The notes beneath the pieces were generated by a model. It saw only the letters and a list, made by a program, of their open reading frames with translations, made no database searches and was not told the origin of the DNA. The position numbers were made by a program, and so were the translations under genes. A stretch of DNA of 64,000 nucleotides from Chrysomallon squamiferum (taxonomy: Eukaryota > Animalia > Mollusca). The DNA lies in NCBI GenBank assembly GCA_012295275.1, contig CM022670.1, forward strand, positions 41,974,001 through 42,038,000, given 5' to 3'. This document shows, piece by piece, positions 57,102 through 64,000 of the stretch; position 1 is the first letter of the stretch; each line of letters begins with the position of its first letter.

Positions 57102-57569
57102 CAGTGGTATCTCGACAGTGCTGAGAAGAAGAAGTGGATGATGTCCATTGAATTAAAGCTTGAATTGATAGAAAAACATTAGGTGTGCATGTAGTCAACA
57201 TGGCTAGGCAGTATGAGCGTAATAATTTTACGATATGTACCATACTTAAGCAGGAGTCAATAAAGGCTAGAACTCCAGCCAAAGGTGTTAAAATAATTTC
57301 TAAGATGGGGAAACCCTAACCCTGTACACTTCACAAAACCAACTTATTTCTTTAGATCCTCTTTTATTTGTTTTTTATACAATATTTGTCATTTATACAT
57401 ACATTTTTCTTATTTAAAAACACATTTAGAAAAAAAAAACGGGTAGTTTTTTGGGGGCTGGAATGGATTAATGGTATTTCAATTTCAGTTGGGAAAACTG
57501 ATTTCATATATGAGCAAATTGAGATATGAGCTTGGTCAGAATGAATTAAATTAAGTCACAGTACCACTA
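57102..57569 (+). mobile_element. internally deleted Tigger/pogo-type (Tc1-mariner superfamily) DNA transposon relic
   Basis: Left end CAGTGGTATCTCGAC and right end GTCACAGTACCACTA are degenerate TIRs in TA-rich flanks. 57114-57304 translates, with a stop/frameshift, to KKKWMMSIELKLELIEKH../GVHVVNMARQYERNNFTICTILKQESIKARTPAKGVKIISK, a CENP-B N-terminal-type HTH typical of Tigger transposases. Confidence 0.8.
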
Positions 57570-58695
57570 TATATATAAGTTAAACGTAGAGACTATATAA
57601 CAGTTGTGTAAAAATCAGATTGGATTATATTCTAAATTGAATATTTATATTGACAAAATTGTACAGAAATTGATAATTTTTAAAAATTAATTTTGTACAA
57701 AGACAAGTTAAAAAGGTATATCTGTCAATATTTGCATGACATTTTTGATTAAACATATTTGTCAATACCAACACTTTAAAATAAAAAAATAATGAACAAT
57801 GATGTAAAAAGGATATGTATTGATAAAATGATTGCTCAAAAACAAAAATGCTTTGGTAATAATGAGCGCAATGACATAGTAAAATTTCTGTTTATGAGAA
57901 AATGTTTTGCTTTTAAACATGGTTGGGGGTGGGTAGGGTTGAGGTTTTCTAATCTAATTTTACATGTTCACATTGTAGATGTGATCTCATCATTATTAAT
58001 GCCGAAAGTCAAAACTGAAATTTTTGTGAACTTACTCAGTCTGCCTGAGGAAAAAACAGGAAAAAAAGATAATTAGATAAACATTTAATCAGAGAAAATT
58101 ATGATAATTTGAGTGAGATGAAAACATGGTTTTTGTTACATATGCAGTGATTTGTACTGCAGTGATTATCTTTGGCATATAGATATTTATTTAGTTAGTT
58201 TACTGATGAACTGTTAAGATAGAAATTTATAAATGTTTCACACAACAGTGGTTTAAACAAAAACAAATTTGCAAAAGAATAGTTTGAGTAAGAAAATTAT
58301 AAAAATATTTTACAGAACAATGGTTTAACTAAAAACACTATTAAATAAAAGACAATATTTGAGGAATGGTTTAAATAAAAATATAAATGTATAAATATGT
58401 TTTATAGAACAGTTTAAATACAAATTTACAAAGGTGTAGTACAGGATGTCAGCATGCTCAAATAAAGTTATACTGTATTAAAATGACAGCAGAGTAAATA
58501 TCAGTTTTTACTCTGAATTTTTGCTTATAGAAAAACAAATAGGTTTGAACAGGACACAGAATTTTAAACTATTGCTGTCTTTTAAGCTGATACTGAAGTG
58601 GTGGAAATTTAAAACATATATATTTTTTTTGTTTTAAAGATACTGATATCAGAGGGTGTTGTGTAAATAAAATTAGTTTTATGTTCTTTGTCACA

Positions 58696-58751
58696 TCAAA
58701 CTGAAGTCGTCCGTGGAAATCTGCTTTGATGACATTCTACAGTGTTTGATT
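58696..58751 (-). CDS. THEMIS-like tandem-CABIT protein, terminal coding exon 4
   Basis: Acceptor tatttactttcag|AA, phase 1. Gives (E)SNTVECHQSRFPRTTSV*; phase matches the exon 3 donor. Confidence 0.65.
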
Positions 58752-58818
58752 CTGAAAGTAAATAATATTTAAAATTTACTTACTCAAATTTAGTTTTATT
58801 AAATATTTGTCAATTTTA

Positions 58819-58864
<46 letters not shown>

Positions 58865-58977
58865 GTAATAATAATAGTGATAATAATAATATAATAAGAG
58901 TAACAACAACAATAATAATAAAATTCATATTAAAAAAGATAATTGAGAAGAAAACTAGATTCTGCTGTAAATGTTTT

Positions 58978-59030
<53 letters not shown>

Positions 59031-59271
59031 TCACTCACACACACACACACACTGGGGTATCCAGACTGCATTGAAATTTGAGTATTGCCCCTTTTATTTA
59101 GCATTTTAATCATTCTTTATTTATTTTTGGGGGACAAATACTGTCATTTTCTGTCGATGTAAAGAACATGTTGAATACGTCTCCCTGTTGTAGCACTATT
59201 ATAATATGATCTGTAATTTTTCAGTAGTGCCTGTTGTGTGTGTGTGTGTTAGGACGAAGTTGTAATATTAC

Positions 59272-59322
59272 CTGCTACAAGACTCTGACCAAGTTGTATG
59301 TTTATCTGTTCATACGGATCAT
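59272..59322 (-). CDS. THEMIS-like tandem-CABIT protein, coding exon 3 (51 nt)
   Basis: Acceptor ttaatttttcag|AT and donor CAG|gtaata, phase 1-1. Encodes (D)DPYEQINIQLGQSLVA. Confidence 0.7.
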
Positions 59323-59998
59323 CTGAAAAATTAAATAACAGTAAATACCATGACAAACGTTTTGTGACGTCAAATTAAATAGCAGTTAATGACATCACAA
59401 ACATTTTGTGACGTAAAATTAAATAAGTTAACATCACAAACGTTTTGTAACTTAAAATTAAATAACAGTTAACATTACATACGTTTTGTAACGTAAAACA
59501 AAATAAGTTAACAACACAAACGTTTTGTAATGTAAAATTAAATAACACTTAACCACATATTAGACGTTTTGTAACGTTGAATTATATGACATAAATGTTC
59601 TTGCATGATTTGCTTAAAACTAATTTTTCTCAGAAACTTTTAATGCTTACTAGTTACTTAGATAGAAATAAACACGTCAATGCTTAAACTTGAAAAATAA
59701 ATATTTACTGAAATAAAACTTTTACTAAATATAAATATTTTCCCCAGAATCATCTGCTATGTTCAAATTAAAAGAGGATACTTAGAATTAAAATGTTTAT
59801 GTGTGTATATGTTATACAATTTCATATAAAAATCAATGTTGAGAAACTAAAAAGTTTCTAGGGTATTTTATTAATCAATTAAAAAAACAACAACATACAA
59901 ACAAACAACAAAAACAACAAAAGCTTTCAGACACGGTTAAACAGTGATCAAGTTAAATAATTTATATTTATGTTTTACTGTTTTCTTTCTTTCTTTTT

Positions 59999-60072
<74 letters not shown>

Positions 60073-60281
60073 TATATATATATATATTTTTTTATTTTTA
60101 TTTTTTTATTATTATTATGTTTATTAAGAAACGAAAGTCTCTGCTGTAAGGGTAATGCCTGTGTGTAAAATGTCAGAAATCGATTTTCACGTTTCCATAC
60201 ATACACACATACTTTTCAGTAAATTATCTTCCTTGTTCCGTTTTTCTTCTTCTTTTTTCTTTCTTTCTTTCTTTTTTTTTT

Positions 60282-60312
<31 letters not shown>

Positions 60313-60679
60313 TTTTTCATATTCTGGATACTTAATTTAAATTATTATTATTATTATTATGAATGAATGAATGAATGAATTAATTAATTAATTTATCGCC
60401 TTTTACAGAGAAGTTGAAGATTGGGATCGTGATGTCAAAACATTTTTCATTTTAAAGTTCCTGTTCGTATATCTGAAATACAGTTAGTTTTCAGTTATAT
60501 CAGTGACCTCTCCCGAGTAAATAATATTTATATGAGCGCTGCCAGCACATTTCTACTAAAACGAATAATTGTGAACATTAATATGATGTTTATGATGACG
60601 GACATGACGTGTGTTTAGCCGGACATGATGTTTGTGAAAGCGGAAGGAAGTGACGTTAGTGAAAGCGGAAGTGACGTAC

Positions 60680-60897
60680 CCTGTACACTTGTTGCTCCTG
60701 GACTCTGTGGCGGGTTTTGGTACTCGTTCTGCTGTTTGCTGTCTCTGTCGCACAGATCTGACAAACTCTCCGGTTTTGGGGTTTTCTTTTTCTTTCTCAT
60801 AGAACTTAGAACTTTACTCAGTCTCTGAATAGGTTTTGTTTTCGGAACTTCTTCTACTGCAGACGTCCGTTTTCTTAGCTGAATTCCTGCAAGTGCT
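60680..60897 (-). CDS. THEMIS-like tandem-CABIT protein, coding exon 2
   Basis: Acceptor cttgttattacag|A, phase 2, matches the upstream donor; donor CAGG|gtacgt is phase 1. Encodes ALAGIQLRKRTSAVEEVPK...MRKKKKTPKP...NEYQNPPQSPGATSVQ. Confidence 0.75.
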
Positions 60898-61202
60898 CTG
60901 TAATAACAAGCACTTGTTTGTATGTCTTTATACACACACCAGCGCACGTGCATACACTCATACGTACATACAAATACACACACATATAACCAAATATACA
61001 TATACATATATATACATATAGACATACATACATAATGCATGCATATGTGCATACATACATTAATGCGTATATAATAGGTTTGGATTTAACTATTAAGCAA
61101 AATAAGCTTAAGGTATCATGGTGTGTATTTGTTCATAGCCGGATTTACCAAGAATCATTTGCGCAAATGGTGCTTCCATAATATTCATAATAAATGAATA
61201 AA

Positions 61203-61205
<3 letters not shown>

Positions 61206-61279
<74 letters not shown>

Positions 61280-61622
61280 ATAATATTAAAAATTATAACA
61301 GAGATTAACGATATGCATTAAAATGATAACTAAACGAGTAATGAGGATCTGAACAAACATTTCGCAGTTAAAAAAGTAGGAGAAAACTTTCCAAATATAA
61401 ATATAGTGGAATTACACAAAAATAAACATCATTTGCTAGCTTACTACAAGTTTTGTATTCTGAGTTACATACAAATGGGGTGCCAAAATGTAAAGGTATT
61501 GATGCGGCCCTGCGTATGTACGTATTTACATACATACATACACACATACATACATACATACATACATACATACATACATACATACATACATACATACATA
61601 CATACATACATACATACATACA

Positions 61623-61689
<67 letters not shown>
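61206..61689. repeat. intronic (GT)n, (CATA)n, (CT)n and (AT)n microsatellites
   Basis: Visible runs within intron 1 of the CABIT gene. Confidence 0.93.
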
Positions 61690-61690
<1 letters not shown>

Positions 61691-61808
61691 TTACTGCAGA
61701 TGCACATCCTTCATGCACATATACATTACACATACTCGCACATACCACAAATAAACGTACATACATACGTACATATATACGTACGGTCGTGCACAGACGT
61801 ATACGTAC

Positions 61809-63703
61809 CCTTCTGACTGGGACGGTCTTATCGGCCTGTTTCGGCCATTTCTGTTTTGACTTTCATCTTGTTTATCAAGAAACTGTTGAGTACGATCAGG
61901 AGCCATTTCACTTTCGTTTATGTCTTCATAGTCGTTGCTGTTGGCAGTCTGCAGTTTATGTGCGACGTGTGTGCGTATTTTCTCCACTCTGATGAACGCT
62001 GTGTTGGTGGGTTTGGGGAAGACGAAGTATCCCTGAGGAAAGTCCAGTGTTCGTCCGAATGCCAGCAGAAACGAATGTCGCACCGACAGCTCAACACACG
62101 TCTGCAGAACCGGGCTGATGGTGCCTGCGTCCGCATACCTCAGAGGTGATACGACGATGACGTCGTCTAAAACAATACTCAACATTCTGAATGAACTAGG
62201 CAGAGGGAGAGGTTCTTCTCCATATCTATTGATCACCGACATTCGTCTGGTTGGCATGGCAACCTGATGAGAAACGATCTGGTCCATTGTGAATGGTCTG
62301 TTTTTATTAAAGTCCAGTAATTCTTCCATTTTAATCTCCAGATCTGTCGGAAGTGAGATTTTGGAAGTTCCTCCACTGCGACTGAATTTCTGACAGCGGA
62401 CGACCTGGCATGGATCCACGGTACTCTTCCGCCATCTTTTCTTCACAGTTTTTGTTTTCTGAGCAGTCAGCACCAAGAAATCTCCACACTTCAAACACAC
62501 TGGGTCAGGATAGTCCGTGTACACATCGTCAAGCACTTTGAAGTACGTTCCAACAGGACATTCAAATAATTCTTCCACTTTCTCAAAAGTTCTTGGGTCT
62601 TCAACAAACGTACCCTGCAACCTGCTGTCCATGAGAAAGTATTTGTCTCTGTGATCCAGGCAGAGGATTTTCTCAGCTGCTTTCACTCTGTGAACTATTA
62701 TGTCTGAAACATTTTTCAAGTGATTCGTCAGATCTGGGTGGATGTATCCGTGTCTGAGTAAGGTGGCTAGAACGGGAAATTTAGATTCATATTCTTCCAC
62801 AAATTCTTCAACATGATGAGATATAATTTTGTCCTCTGCTACTGGAAGTTCATAATCATCCTGTGAGAAGAGTCGCACGTGCAGGTCGACATCAAGTGGT
62901 AATTTCCACCGGACATCGAGGTCACCCCAGGGCGACACCTCTATCACCTCTGGTGGTTTGTGAAGATGTATGACGCCTTTAAAACTAAGAGGCAGCTCTG
63001 GAACACAAGAACGACATTTGTCCACACTTGAGTCCAGAGATCTGTTCGGAACGGGAGAAGAACTGATGTCCACGGGTTTTAGCTGTATGTTTTCCTCAGA
63101 CAGTTTCAGTCGTCTGGGAACCCGGGCCTGGTTGATAAGTTCCCTCACCGTGTAACTACGAGTGTCCGGTATGCACGTAAATCTCCCCTTACATTCCGCA
63201 GACAGACGGACAAGATTTCCTGACACGTCAGTACATTCCAGACGAACATGATTGTCTTTAGAGTCGTGCACGAGTCTCACAAATCTGAACAAATCACCCG
63301 ACTTCACTGAGAACCCCGGCAGGTACGGGTCGTCATAGTTTATATTCGCTCGGAAGTAAGTGGGACAGTCTTTAATTAGGTCAGCCACAGTTTCGTAAAT
63401 AGTTTTCTGATACTGGCCGTCCTGGGTTTTAGGCTTTGGTGGCAAAACTGTGAACTTCAGGTTAGAATCGAGAGGAATCTCGGTTGCCTTGGTTCCGCCG
63501 CTGTCCGTGCAGTGGAAAGATATAGTCAGAGTGGAAGGCAGGTGAGAGCGAACCAACAGCACGTCACCGCGAGAAATTCTGATGTTGCTCGTAAAGTTAC
63601 CTGATGTCACAGCCACGGTGCACGGCAGATCGACAAGTTGAACGAAGTCGTGCAGAGAATACGATGACGTCCCTGACACCGTAGACCTACTATACGACGA
63701 CAT
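61809..63703 (-). CDS. THEMIS-like protein with two CABIT domains, large coding exon 1
   Basis: First ATG at 63703 (the track start at 63721 is TTG); donor GG|gtacgt at 61809/61808. Two similar ~270 aa modules: SLHDFV..LP.TV...GD...LECT...LSAECKGRF.C..D.RSYTVRELI and EEFV...KFPV...IIVH...YFLM....GTF...PRTF....EL...GD.L...VVRCQK...ISLP. These follow the CABIT1/CABIT2 pattern of THEMIS. Confidence 0.85.
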
Positions 63704-64000
63704 CACAGCTACTGTTTTCAATCCATTCCCGAAAATATTAACATTGTCACTTCCTTGTTACTCTCACCTGTATAGGTATTGTCATAAGAGTTATCTACCT
63801 TGACACTGACCTGCATCGTTGAGTTACGAATCTTACCCTTTAGTACCTTTATGTAAATACATTCTTTATCCGGAAAAAAAAGAAGAAAAAAAGAAGAATG
63901 AAAAGAAATAAAGAAAGAAAAATAACGAAAGAGTGTAAAAGAAATGCTTTGTCTGTTCACAGAATATCCATTCTAAATGTTTTCTTTTTGTTCTTATTTT

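Noticed and set aside
60881-60890. Alternative acceptor ttgcag|G at 60886 for CABIT exon 2
   Set aside because: Shifts the frame and stops after ~24 codons; the 60897 acceptor preserves the frame through exons 3-4.
61691-61808. C-terminal YVYVC... tail of the 676-aa ORF
   Set aside because: Read-through into intronic low-complexity sequence past the donor at 61808.

Overview
AT-rich, microsatellite- and minisatellite-dense animal genomic DNA. It is an invertebrate, probably a lophotrochozoan such as a gastropod (inference only). Three spliced protein-coding genes can be assembled by hand. (1) A NOL4/NOL4L-family gene on the minus strand, with coding exons 24559-24254, 8824-8684 and 510-244; it continues off the window start. 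(2) A complete COX6C gene on the plus strand, CDS 55418-55569 + 55879-55975 (82 aa), with non-coding first and last exons; the ORF track misses it. (3) A THEMIS-like tandem-CABIT adaptor gene on the minus strand, exons 63703-61809, 60897-60680, 59322-59272 and 58751-58696 (~739 aa, ending in a PDZ-type -TSV), lying tail-to-tail with COX6C. Its likely 3'UTR carries a deleted Tigger/pogo element. The NOL4 introns and ~29 kb upstream are non-coding. They contain CpG-rich enhancer-like islands, several near-perfect RFX X-boxes, three CTCF-like motifs in convergent orientation, a ~1.56 kb foldback palindrome and many unrelated tandem arrays. Almost all other ORFs in the track are microsatellite artefacts. 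All family assignments come from motif recognition, not database searches.
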